Assembly (NCBI GenBank): GCA_045601085.1
Contig: JAZRZD010000034.1
Coordinates: 1 to 54,570, forward strand
From: Bacilli bacterium
GTDB lineage: Bacteria; Bacillota_I; Bacilli_A; RFN20; CAG-826
Reading direction: 5' to 3'
DNA length: 54,570 nucleotides
Below the pieces are notes generated by a model, which did no database searches, was not told the DNA's origin, and saw only the letters and a list, made by a program, of their open reading frames with translations. Of this stretch, positions 9,747-19,112 are shown piece after piece. How positions within the stretch are numbered: the first letter of the stretch is position 1; each line of letters opens with the position of its first letter. The position numbers were made by a program, and so were the translations under genes.

Positions 9747-12452
9747 TTACTTATTCTTCTTGAATAAGCCTTTAATTGATTTTCCTAAATCACCAAATGC
9801 TTTAGCGACCTTTTCTTCAGGATCGCGTGGATTTTTGATGTTTGCTTGAGCAGCTGCTAATCTAGCAACAGGAACTCTGAATGGAGAACATGAGACATAA
9901 TCAAGTCCAACATCATGGTAGAATTGGATAGATTTTGGATCACCACCTGTTTCTCCACAGACACCAACGTGTAATTCTGGACGTGTGGCTCTACCTAGCT
10001 TAACAGCGTTTTTAACTAATTTACCAACACCGTTTTGGTCTAAGGTCTTGAATGGATCTTCTTCAAAGATTTTGTTTTCATAATATGAAGGTAAGAATTT
10101 ACCAGCATCATCACGGGAGAAACCAAATGTCATTTGAGTTAAGTCATTTGTACCAAATGAGAAGAATTCAGCTTCTTCAGCAATTTCATCTGCTAATAAA
10201 GCAGCTCTTGGAATTTCAATCATTGTACCAACATGATATGTCATAGCGATGTCAGCTTCTTTAATTAAAGCATCAGCTGTTGTGGTAATGATATTCTTAA
10301 CAAATTTAAGTTCTTTTGCTTCGAGCACGAGTGGAACCATGATTTCTGGAGTGATAATCTTGCCAATCTTCTTGCTAACTGCAATTGCTGCTTTAATAAT
10401 AGCGGTTGTTTGCATTTTGCAGATTTCTGGATAGGTAACTGCTAATCTACAACCACGGTGACCCATCATTGGGTTGGCTTCGTGTAAGTCATCAATTCTA
10501 TCTTTAACTTCTTCAACGGATTTACCTAAAGCGTCTGCTAATTCTTTGATTAAGTGTTCTTCTTTTGGTAAGAATTCGTGTAGAGGTGGATCAAGTAAAC
10601 GTACATTAACGTTCATGCCATCCATGATTTCATATAAATCTTCGAAATCTTTTTGTTGCATTGGTTCGAGTTCTGCTAAAGCAGCTTCTCTACCTTCAAC
10701 TGTATCAGCAAGAATCATTTTTCTCATTGAGAAGATTCTGTCTGTATCAAAGAACATGTGTTCTGTTCTACATAATCCGATACCTTCAGCACCAAAGATT
10801 TTTGCTTGTTTGGAATCTCTTGGTGTATCAGCGTTTGTTCTAATGTGTAAGGCTCTATTTTCATCAACCCATTTCATTAATCTTCCGAAATAACCAGAAG
10901 TTAAATCAGGTTGAACGGTTTTAATAGAACCAAGGTAGATGTTACCAGTGCTACCATCGATAGAAAGTGTATCGTTAGGGCCATAAACTTTACCGTTAAT
11001 TGTTAAAGTCTTCTTATCTTCATCAATAATGGCTTCACTACAACCACAGACACAGCATTTACCCATACCACGAGCAACAACAGCAGCGTGAGATGTCATA
11101 CCACCTCTCATGGTTAAGACAGCTTCAGCAGCGACCATGCCAACGATATCTTCTGGAGAGGTTTCTGCTCTAACGAGAACAACTTTTTCTCCAGCGGCAT
11201 GTCTTGCTTCTGCTTCTTCAGCGGAGAATGCTAATTTACCAGTTCCAGCACCTGGACCAGCGGCTAAACCTTTAGCAATTGCGCTTGCTTTAGATAATTC
11301 ATCTTTATCAAAGCCTGGTAATAATAATTTATCAAATGATAAAGCATCAATTCTTAAGACAGCTTCTTTTTCATCAATAACACCTTCATCTACTAAATCA
11401 CATGCGATTTTTAAAGCGGCTGCAGGAGTTCTTTTACCGCTTCTTGTTTGTAAGAAGTATAAGACGCCATCTTCAACGGTGAATTCCATATCTTGCATAT
11501 CGCGATAGTGGGCTTCCATCTTTTTAATAGTTTCTACGAATTGATCATAGACACCTGGCATTCTATTTTTGAGTTCTTCAATATTTAATGGTGTACGAAT
11601 ACCTGCAACAACGTCTTCACCTTGTGCGTTTGGTAAGTATTCAGCAGAGATAACTTTTTCACCTGTACCTGGGTTTCTTGAGAAGGCAACACCTGTACCA
11701 GAAGTTTCACCCTTGTTACCAAAGGCCATGGATTGAACGTTAACAGCGGTACCCCAAGAATATGGGATGTTGTTCATCATACGGTAAACGTTAGCTCTTG
11801 GGTTATCCCAGCTTCTAAAGACTGCGGTAACAGCTTCCATTAATTGAACTTTTGGATCTGATGGGAAGTCTTCACCAAATGTTTGTTTGTAATAATCCTT
11901 ATATTTCTTAACTAAATCTTTTAATTCATCAGCAGTTACTTCTGTATCTAATTTGTAACCTTTTGATTTCTTTAAGTCATCTAACATTTTGTCCATTTCG
12001 GTTCTTGGATGACCTTTAGCAATGTTAGTGAACATTAAGATAAATCTTCTGTAGCTATCAAATGCAAATCTGTCATTGTTTGTTTCTTTTGCTAATGCAG
12101 CAACAGTTGTGTCATTTAAGCCTAAGTTTAAGATGGTATCCATCATACCTGGCATTGACACTCTAGCGCCTGAACGGACACTAACTAATAAAGGTTTAGA
12201 ATCTCCACCAAATGTTTTGCCAGTTTTGGCTTCAATACCTTTAATTGCTTCAAAGATTGAATCTTGTAAGCTTTGTGGTAATACTTTTCCACTATCATAG
12301 TACAAAGTACATGCTTCAGTTGTGATAGTGAAACCTTCAGGAATTCTAACGCCGATATGAGTCATTTCGGCTAATCCTGCTCCTTTACCCCCTAGAAGTT
12401 CCTTACCTAATCCGTAAGCTTCTTCAAAAGGATAAACATACTTTTTTTCCAT
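9747..12452 (-). CDS. ppdK: Pyruvate, phosphate dikinase
   Basis: 901 aa. N-terminal ATP-grasp GGKGAGLAEM. Central phosphohistidine domain (TSHAAVVARGMGK). C-terminal PEP-utilising domain. RBS GGAGA. Confidence 0.95.
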   Translation of the reverse strand: MEKKYVYPFEEAYGLGKELLGGKGAGLAEMTHIGVRIPEGFTITTEACTLYYDSGKVLPQSLQDSIFEAIKGIEAKTGKTFGGDSKPLLVSVRSGARVSMPGMMDTILNLGLNDTTVAALAKETNNDRFAFDSYRRFILMFTNIAKGHPRTEMDKMLDDLKKSKGYKLDTEVTADELKDLVKKYKDYYKQTFGEDFPSDPKVQLMEAVTAVFRSWDNPRANVYRMMNNIPYSWGTAVNVQSMAFGNKGETSGTGVAFSRNPGTGEKVISAEYLPNAQGEDVVAGIRTPLNIEELKNRMPGVYDQFVETIKKMEAHYRDMQDMEFTVEDGVLYFLQTRSGKRTPAAALKIACDLVDEGVIDEKEAVLRIDALSFDKLLLPGFDKDELSKASAIAKGLAAGPGAGTGKLAFSAEEAEARHAAGEKVVLVRAETSPEDIVGMVAAEAVLTMRGGMTSHAAVVARGMGKCCVCGCSEAIIDEDKKTLTINGKVYGPNDTLSIDGSTGNIYLGSIKTVQPDLTSGYFGRLMKWVDENRALHIRTNADTPRDSKQAKIFGAEGIGLCRTEHMFFDTDRIFSMRKMILADTVEGREAALAELEPMQQKDFEDLYEIMDGMNVNVRLLDPPLHEFLPKEEHLIKELADALGKSVEEVKDRIDDLHEANPMMGHRGCRLAVTYPEICKMQTTAIIKAAIAVSKKIGKIITPEIMVPLVLEAKELKFVKNIITTTADALIKEADIAMTYHVGTMIEIPRAALLADEIAEEAEFFSFGTNDLTQMTFGFSRDDAGKFLPSYYENKIFEEDPFKTLDQNGVGKLVKNAVKLGRATRPELHVGVCGETGGDPKSIQFYHDVGLDYVSCSPFRVPVARLAAAQANIKNPRDPEEKVAKAFGDLGKSIKGLFKKNK

Positions 12453-12601
12453 AAAAATCTCCTTTTTTCGATTGTGGGTTGAACTTTTTTATGGCCTCAA
12501 CGCGCTTTATTATTTTATCACGCGAGAAGAAAAAATATCAAACTTTTCTATCTAGTGATAGTAAAGTATGGTATTATAGAAAACGTTTTGGAGGCAATAT
12601 T

Positions 12602-14017
12602 ATGAAATATGATGTTGTAATTGTTGGAGCTGGTCCTTGTGGATATTTTTGTGCTTACGAACTCAGCAAAAAGCAACCAAACACAAAAATATTATTAATT
12701 GATAGAGGACACGACATCTTAAAAAGAAGATGCCCAGTATTAGAACATAAATTAGAAAAATGTCCTACTACACAAAATAGAAGCGAATGTTTCCCAGCTT
12801 GTTCAATCACTAATGGATTTGGTGGTGCTGGTGCTTATTCTGATGGAAAATTTAACATTACCACTGAATTTGGTGGTTGGTTAGATAACTACATGAGTGA
12901 TGAAGAGCTTCTAGATTTAATTAATTATGTTGATGAAATTAATTTAGATTTCGGTGCTCCTACTAATATTACCGATCCAAATACTCCTGCTATTAAAGAT
13001 ATTGAACATAGAGCAATGAGTGTTGGATTAAAACTTTTAAGAAGTAAAGTAAGACACTTAGGTACTGAAGAAAACTTAAAGATTTTAACAAAAATTTTCA
13101 TGCATCTCGCTGATAGAATTGATATGAAATTCATGACAAAAGTCAGTGATATTTGCATTGATAACGACACTGTTAATGGTGTTATTTTAGAAGATGGCAC
13201 CAAAATTGAAGCAGACAATGTTGTACTTGCTGTTGGCAGAGAAGGCAGTAAGTGGTTATGTGGATTATTCGACAAATATGGCGTTTCTATGAGCCAAAAC
13301 CAAGTAGATATTGGTGTTCGTGTTGAATGTCCAAACCTTGTAATGGAAGAAATTAACAAAAACTTATATGAAGGTAAATTCTTATTCAAAACCTCAACAG
13401 GGAACACTGTTAGAACTTTCTGCTCTAACCCAGGTGGCCATGTTGTAATGGAAAATTATGAAGGTGTTGTAAACGTTAATGGCCACTCATATAACGATCC
13501 AAAACTTTCTAGTGAGAACACAAACTTTGCTTTATTAGTGTCTCATCATTTTGAAGAACCATTTAAAAAACCTAATGAATACGCATTAAAAGTCTCTTCT
13601 TTAGCAAACCAATTAGCTTGTGGTGGAGTTATTGTCCAAAGATTTGGTGATATCCTCCAAGGAAGAAGAAGTACAGAAAAACGTATTAGAGAAGGATTTG
13701 TAAAACCTACATTAAAAGAAGCTGTCCCTGGTGATTTAGCATTAGCACTTCCATATAAAACCATGCAATCTATCATTGAAATGGTTAAAGTGCTTGATAA
13801 AATTACTCCAGGTATTGCTACTGAACATACATTATTATATGGTGTTGAAGCGAAATATTATTCTGCCCATCCAGAAATCACAAATGAGTTAGAAGTTAAG
13901 AAACTTAAAAACTTATTCGTTGGTGGCGATGGCGCCGGACTTACCCGTGGCCTAGCACAAGCTGGAGCATGTGGTGTATACATTGCCCGTAATATTATGC
14001 AAAGGAAGGAAAAATAA
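12602..14017 (+). CDS. FAD-dependent dehydrogenase (uncharacterised COG2509-like family)
   Basis: Rossmann FAD motif YDVVIVGAGPCGYFCA immediately after ATG 12602 with RBS GGAGG. The ORF-track start at 12479 is a TTG upstream extension without RBS and is rejected. Confidence 0.75.
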   Translation: MKYDVVIVGAGPCGYFCAYELSKKQPNTKILLIDRGHDILKRRCPVLEHKLEKCPTTQNRSECFPACSITNGFGGAGAYSDGKFNITTEFGGWLDNYMSDEELLDLINYVDEINLDFGAPTNITDPNTPAIKDIEHRAMSVGLKLLRSKVRHLGTEENLKILTKIFMHLADRIDMKFMTKVSDICIDNDTVNGVILEDGTKIEADNVVLAVGREGSKWLCGLFDKYGVSMSQNQVDIGVRVECPNLVMEEINKNLYEGKFLFKTSTGNTVRTFCSNPGGHVVMENYEGVVNVNGHSYNDPKLSSENTNFALLVSHHFEEPFKKPNEYALKVSSLANQLACGGVIVQRFGDILQGRRSTEKRIREGFVKPTLKEAVPGDLALALPYKTMQSIIEMVKVLDKITPGIATEHTLLYGVEAKYYSAHPEITNELEVKKLKNLFVGGDGAGLTRGLAQAGACGVYIARNIMQRKEK

Positions 14018-14022
14018 AAATT

Positions 14023-15216
14023 ATGGCAAGAAATGTTGGAACGATATCTAGAGGAATTAGATGTCCAATTATTAAAGAAGGTGATGATCTCGCCTCTATT
14101 GTTGTTGAAAGTGTCTTAACTGCAGGACAAACAGACAACTTTGAATTAAGAGATCGTGATGTTATTGCAATGACAGAAAGTATTGTTGCCCGTTGCCAAG
14201 GTAATTATGCTTCTATTGAACAAATTGGAGAAGACGTCAAAAACAAATTTGGTGGCGGAACTGTAGGGGTTATTTTCCCAATCTTATCTAGAAATAGATT
14301 CTCCATTTTATTAAAAGGTATCGCTAAAGGCGCATGTAAGATTGTCTTAATGTTCTCTTACCCAAGCGATGAAGTTGGTAATGCTTTATTAACTTATGAT
14401 CAACTTGATGAAAAGAATATTAATCCATATAGTGATGTCTTATCTCTTAAAGAATATCGTGAATTATTTGGCTATGGTGTTCATGAATTCACTGGTGTTG
14501 ATTACATCCAATATTATGAAGATATTATTAAAGAACAAGGCGCTGATTGCGAAATTATCTTTGCTAACAACTGCAAAACAATTCTTAAATACACAAAGAA
14601 TGTCTTAAACTGTGACATCCATACAAGAGCTAGAACAAAGCGTATCTTAAAAGAAAATGGTGGAGAAATTGTTTTAGGTCTTGATGACATTTTAACAAGC
14701 TCAGTTTCTGGTAGTGGTTATAACCAAAAATATGGTTTATTAGGCACAAACAAAGCTACAGAAAATACAGTTAAATTATTCCCAAGAGATTCTCAGCCAC
14801 TCGTTGAAAATATTCAAGCTGAAATCTTAAAAAGAACAGGTAAACATGTTGAAGTCATGGTTTATGGTGACGGCGCTTTTAAAGATCCTCAAGGTAAAAT
14901 TTGGGAATTAGCAGACCCTGTTGTTTCTCCATTCTTTACTTCTGGATTAAAGGGAACACCAAATGAATTAAAACTTAAATATTTAGCTGATAATGATTTT
15001 AAAGATCTTAAAGGTGATGAACTTAAGAAAGCAATTTCTAACAAAATCGCTGCAAAAAGCGGCTCTTTAGTTGGCCAAATGGCTTCCCAAGGTACAACCC
15101 CAAGACAATTAACTGATTTAATCGGTTCATTATGTGACTTAACTTCCGGTAGTGGAGATAAAGGTACACCAGTCATTCTTGTTCAAGGTTATTTTGATAA
15201 CTACACCAACGACTAA
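14023..15216 (+). CDS. CofE/FbiB-like gamma-glutamyl ligase family protein (F420-0:gamma-glutamyl ligase homologue) with a ~110-aa central insertion
   Basis: Motifs align with archaeal CofE: PIIKEGDDLASIV (cf. PLIKEGDDLAELI), VIAMTESIVARCQG, TGKHVEVMVYGDGAF, and C-terminal SGSGDKGTPVILVQG (cf. GEGGDGIPAVVVRG). Recalled from memory, not searched. Confidence 0.55.
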   Translation: MARNVGTISRGIRCPIIKEGDDLASIVVESVLTAGQTDNFELRDRDVIAMTESIVARCQGNYASIEQIGEDVKNKFGGGTVGVIFPILSRNRFSILLKGIAKGACKIVLMFSYPSDEVGNALLTYDQLDEKNINPYSDVLSLKEYRELFGYGVHEFTGVDYIQYYEDIIKEQGADCEIIFANNCKTILKYTKNVLNCDIHTRARTKRILKENGGEIVLGLDDILTSSVSGSGYNQKYGLLGTNKATENTVKLFPRDSQPLVENIQAEILKRTGKHVEVMVYGDGAFKDPQGKIWELADPVVSPFFTSGLKGTPNELKLKYLADNDFKDLKGDELKKAISNKIAAKSGSLVGQMASQGTTPRQLTDLIGSLCDLTSGSGDKGTPVILVQGYFDNYTND

Positions 15217-15218
15217 TT

Positions 15219-16781
15219 ATGAATAAAAACCCACTCGCATTAACAATTGATATAGGAACACAATCTTGCCGTACATGTTTAATTGATAAACAAGGTAATA
15301 TTGTTGCGATTGAAAAAATCAAATACGAGCCAACATATGTTTCAAAATTAAAGGGTTACGCCGAACAAAACCCTGATTATTATTTTGATTGCATTAAAAC
15401 AGGATTAAAAAACTTATGCGCAAATAACAAAGATAAGTTAAACGATATTATTGGCGCAACAATTACAACCTTTAGAGATTCTTCAGTTCAACTTGATAAA
15501 GATAATAAACCATTAAGAGATTCTATCTTATGGCTTGATCAAAGAACCGCTGAAGCAAAAGAGAAGTTACCATTTTTACATCGTTTAATTTTTGATGTTA
15601 TTGGTATGCGTCCTGCAATTGACTTAAATAGACGTAGAACTGCTGCTCATTGGATTAAAGAAAATGAGCCAGAAATTTGGGAAAAGACTGAAAAATACGT
15701 CAATATTTCTACATATCTAACATATTTATTAACAGGGAACCTTGTAGATTCCTGTAGTAGTGTTACTGGACACTATCCTATTAATTTTAAAAAGAGAAAA
15801 TGGTACAAAGAAGGCGCTTTAAAAGGAAGAATCTATGGCGTTCCTAATAGAATGCTTTCCGAATTAAAACAACCAGGAGAAGTTCTTGGATATATTCAAG
15901 ATTCTTTAGCAGATGAAGTTGGACTTCCTCATGGTATTGAATTAGTAGCCTCAGGTAGTGATAAAGCCTGTGAAACTGTTGGATTAGGTGCATTAAGTAA
16001 TGAAATTGCTTCTGTTAGTTATGGCACTGCGTCTTCAATTGAAGTTTCTAGTAAAAGTTTCCATAATCCTGAACCATTTTTACCAGCATATCCTGCCGCT
16101 GTTAAAGATTGGTACAACTTAGAAGTACAAATCTATCGTGGTTATTGGATGATTGGCTGGTTTGCCAAAGAATTTGCGAATGAAGTTATTACTGACGCAA
16201 AAGTTTCTGATATGGCGTATGAAGCAGTTCTAAACGAAAAACTTGCAGATATTCCTCCAGGAAGTGATGGATTAGTATTACAACCTTATTGGGGACCAGG
16301 ACTCCATAGACCTTTATCTAAAGGTGCGATTATTGGATTTACTGATACTCACACAAAATATCATTTATACCGCGCAATTATTGAAGGTATTGGTTTTGGA
16401 TTAAAAGAAGGAATGATCGGCATTGAGAAGAAACTTCACCACAAAGTAAAAGAGATTCGTATCTCTGGTGGTGGTAGTCAATCTGATATTATTTGCCAAA
16501 TAACCGCTGATTTGTTTGGCATTCCAGTTAGTAGAGTCCAAACATTTGAAACAAGTTCATTAGGTGCTGCCGTTAGTGTCTTTGTAGGAAAGAATGAATT
16601 TAGTTCAGTAGACGAGGCAATTAATTCTATGGTTCATAAGGGTGATACATTCCAACCAAATATGGAAAATAACAAGACTTATGAATATTTATATAAAAAG
16701 GTATATACCAAGATGTTCCCAAGACTTACTGGCATATATGTAAACTTGTTTAAATACTGGAAAAACAAAGTAAATAAGTAA
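15219..16781 (+). CDS. FGGY-family carbohydrate kinase (xylulokinase/glycerol-kinase-like), substrate unknown
   Basis: N-terminal LTIDIGTQSCRTCLID actin-like ATPase motif. 520 aa. Start 3 nt after the stop of the CofE-like gene (operon). Confidence 0.8.
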   Translation: MNKNPLALTIDIGTQSCRTCLIDKQGNIVAIEKIKYEPTYVSKLKGYAEQNPDYYFDCIKTGLKNLCANNKDKLNDIIGATITTFRDSSVQLDKDNKPLRDSILWLDQRTAEAKEKLPFLHRLIFDVIGMRPAIDLNRRRTAAHWIKENEPEIWEKTEKYVNISTYLTYLLTGNLVDSCSSVTGHYPINFKKRKWYKEGALKGRIYGVPNRMLSELKQPGEVLGYIQDSLADEVGLPHGIELVASGSDKACETVGLGALSNEIASVSYGTASSIEVSSKSFHNPEPFLPAYPAAVKDWYNLEVQIYRGYWMIGWFAKEFANEVITDAKVSDMAYEAVLNEKLADIPPGSDGLVLQPYWGPGLHRPLSKGAIIGFTDTHTKYHLYRAIIEGIGFGLKEGMIGIEKKLHHKVKEIRISGGGSQSDIICQITADLFGIPVSRVQTFETSSLGAAVSVFVGKNEFSSVDEAINSMVHKGDTFQPNMENNKTYEYLYKKVYTKMFPRLTGIYVNLFKYWKNKVNK

Positions 16782-16828
16782 AAAGATAAGCAATCACCGT
16801 TGGGTGGTTGTTTTTCTTATAATTTTTA

Positions 16829-16857
16829 TTGACATGTTCGTATGCGAACTTTATAAT
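16829..16857 (+). promoter_or_regulatory. Consensus sigma-A promoter (TTGACA-17-TATAAT) with an embedded palindromic operator GTTCGTATGCGAAC, upstream of marR
   Basis: TTGACA at ~16829-16834, TATAAT at ~16852-16857, exact 17-nt spacer containing a 5+4+5 perfect inverted repeat (16836-16849). ATG at 16869 only ~12 nt after the -10, with no SD. Confidence 0.6.
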
Positions 16858-16868
16858 CTATTCTTAGT

Positions 16869-17276
16869 ATGGAAAATAACTACGATATTTTAGGTAAAAT
16901 AAATTCACTCAAAAAATACATCTGCTTGAGGTTTGATGAAGGATTAGAAAAATACAATCTAACATTCATTCAAGGTCAAACAATTAGGTTTATAAATCAT
17001 AACCCTGGAGTTAAGCAAGTTGATATACAAAAACATTTTGAACTTTCTAAGTCAACAGTTAGTGGACTTATTACTAGGTTAGAAGAAAAACATTATATAA
17101 AACGAATTGATAATAGCTTGTTTCTTACTGATGAAGCGATGTCATTGATTGATTACTTTGCAAAAGTATATAAGGATCTTAACAAAACTTTAACAAAAGG
17201 TCTTACTGAAGAAGAAATCGATAACTTATACAAGTGTTTAGATAAATTAAAGAAAAATATAAAGGAGGATAATTAA
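16869..17276 (+). CDS. MarR-family transcriptional regulator
   Basis: Winged-helix region QGQTIRFINHNPGVKQVDIQKHFELSKSTVSGLITRLEEKHYIKRI. Stop is adjacent to the ABC transporter start. Confidence 0.8.
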   Translation: MENNYDILGKINSLKKYICLRFDEGLEKYNLTFIQGQTIRFINHNPGVKQVDIQKHFELSKSTVSGLITRLEEKHYIKRIDNSLFLTDEAMSLIDYFAKVYKDLNKTLTKGLTEEEIDNLYKCLDKLKKNIKEDN

Positions 17277-19112
17277 ATGTGGTCAAAAATTAAATTAATA
17301 TTAAAAAGCGTTAGACAATATAAATTGCCTGCAATTATTACTCCTATCTTTATGATTGGAGAAGTTCTTTGCGAATGTGTTTTACCATTAATTATGTCTT
17401 GTTTAGTAGATGTGCTTAAAGGTAATGCAGATGATATTGCTACAGGTGGATTTGAAAGCATATTCCAACCATTTACTTACATTAATGATAATTTGCATTT
17501 CTCAATGGAAGTTTCCATTTTCTGGTTAATTATCGTTCTTATTGGATTAGCCATTATTTCCCTAATTTGCGGTATTTGTGGTGGTATTTTTGCTGCTAAA
17601 GCTTCTGTAGGTTTAGGTACTAATTTAAGAGATGATTTATATAAGAAAATCCAAACTTTCTCATTCTCTAATATTGATAAATTCTCAGCATCAAGTTTAG
17701 TAACTAGAATGACTACTGATGTTTCTAATGTCCAAATGTCATTCCAAATGTGCATTCGTATTGTTATTAGAGCACCATTAATGATGATATTTGCTGCTAT
17801 CATGTCTTTCTTAGTTGGCGGTCCTATGGCATGGCTATTTATTATTCTTATCCCTGCTATTGGTTTTGCTTTATGGCTATTAGTCAGAGCGGCTATGGGA
17901 ATATTTAAAAGAGTTTTCAAGAGATATGACGCATTAAACGAATCAGTTAACGAGAACGTTTCTGGTATTAGAGTTGTTAAAGCCTATGTAAGAGAAGACT
18001 TTGAAAAGGAAAAATTCAATACTGCTAGTAATAATATGACTTCAGACTTTATTAAAGCTGAAAAGATTATTGCTCTTAATGCTCCTATATTAAATACTTC
18101 AGTTCACTTAGCAAATATTCTTATCATTGGTTTAGGATCATATTTCATTTGGAGTGGTGACAGTCTTACAGTTGGTCAAATGTCAGCACTTTTAACATAT
18201 GGTATTCAAATCTTAATGTCTGTCCAAATCATTACCATTATTTTAGTAATGCTTGTTATGTCGTTTGAATGTGTTAACCGTATTGGTGAGGTGTTAATGG
18301 AAGAACCAACAATCACTAATCCAGAGAATCCAATTATGGAAGTTCCTAATGGTGATATCAAATTTGAAAATGTTAACTTTAAGTATTTTAAAGACGCTGA
18401 AAAAGACACATTATCCGATATTAATTTAACAATAAAAAGTGGTCAATTCATTGGTATTTTGGGCTCAACTGGTAGTGGTAAGACTTCTGTTGTTAACTTA
18501 ATTTCTCGTTTATATGACATCGACAGTGGTTCATTAACTGTTGGTGATCACGATGTTAAAGAATATGATTTAAAAACTCTTAGAGACGCAGTTGCGGTAG
18601 TACTTCAAAAGAATGTTTTATTCTCTGGTACGATTGCCTCTAACTTAAGATGGGGAAATGAAAACGCGACAGATGAGGAATTATTAGAAGCTTTAGATAT
18701 TGTTCAAGCTACTGAAGTTGCTAACGCTCACGTAGAAAAATTAGAACACCGTGTTGAACAAGGCGGCGCTAACTATTCTGGTGGCCAAAAACAAAGACTT
18801 TGTATTGCCAGGGCCATCTTAAAGAAACCTAAGATTTTAATCTTGGATGACTCAACTTCTGCGGTTGATACTAAAACTGATAAGTTAATTAGAATTGGTT
18901 TAAAAGAAAGATTACCAGAAATGACTAAGATTGTTGTTGCTCAACGTATTTCTTCTATTGAAGACGCTGACCAAATTGTCATTATGGATAACGGACATAT
19001 TGATGCAGTAGGCACACATGACGAACTCTTAAAGAGTAATAAGATTTATCAAGAGGTCTACTACACTCAAAATAAAAAAGGAGGTGATTCTAATGCCACC
19101 AATGAGAATTAA
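17277..19112 (+). CDS. ABC transporter permease/ATP-binding protein (exporter half-transporter, subunit 1)
   Basis: N-terminal 6-TM domain. Walker A LGSTGSGKTS. Signature YSGGQKQRLCIARA. Walker B ILILDD. RBS AAGGAGG. Confidence 0.9.
   Translation: MWSKIKLILKSVRQYKLPAIITPIFMIGEVLCECVLPLIMSCLVDVLKGNADDIATGGFESIFQPFTYINDNLHFSMEVSIFWLIIVLIGLAIISLICGICGGIFAAKASVGLGTNLRDDLYKKIQTFSFSNIDKFSASSLVTRMTTDVSNVQMSFQMCIRIVIRAPLMMIFAAIMSFLVGGPMAWLFIILIPAIGFALWLLVRAAMGIFKRVFKRYDALNESVNENVSGIRVVKAYVREDFEKEKFNTASNNMTSDFIKAEKIIALNAPILNTSVHLANILIIGLGSYFIWSGDSLTVGQMSALLTYGIQILMSVQIITIILVMLVMSFECVNRIGEVLMEEPTITNPENPIMEVPNGDIKFENVNFKYFKDAEKDTLSDINLTIKSGQFIGILGSTGSGKTSVVNLISRLYDIDSGSLTVGDHDVKEYDLKTLRDAVAVVLQKNVLFSGTIASNLRWGNENATDEELLEALDIVQATEVANAHVEKLEHRVEQGGANYSGGQKQRLCIARAILKKPKILILDDSTSAVDTKTDKLIRIGLKERLPEMTKIVVAQRISSIEDADQIVIMDNGHIDAVGTHDELLKSNKIYQEVYYTQNKKGGDSNATNEN

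Noticed and set aside
10052-11508. Several 60-139-aa ORFs on the + strand (10052, 10249, 10474, 10661, 11110) and other antisense ORFs listed inside large genes
   Set aside because: All lie antisense within the well-supported ppdK CDS (or other conserved CDSs). They have low-complexity Ser/Leu-rich translations typical of reverse-frame artefacts in AT-rich DNA, and no RBS.
12479-12601. N-terminal extension of the FAD-dehydrogenase ORF (MNFFMASTRF…) given by the ORF track
   Set aside because: It begins at a TTG with no RBS and lies in the divergent promoter region. The Rossmann motif and a GGAGG RBS define ATG 12602 as the start.
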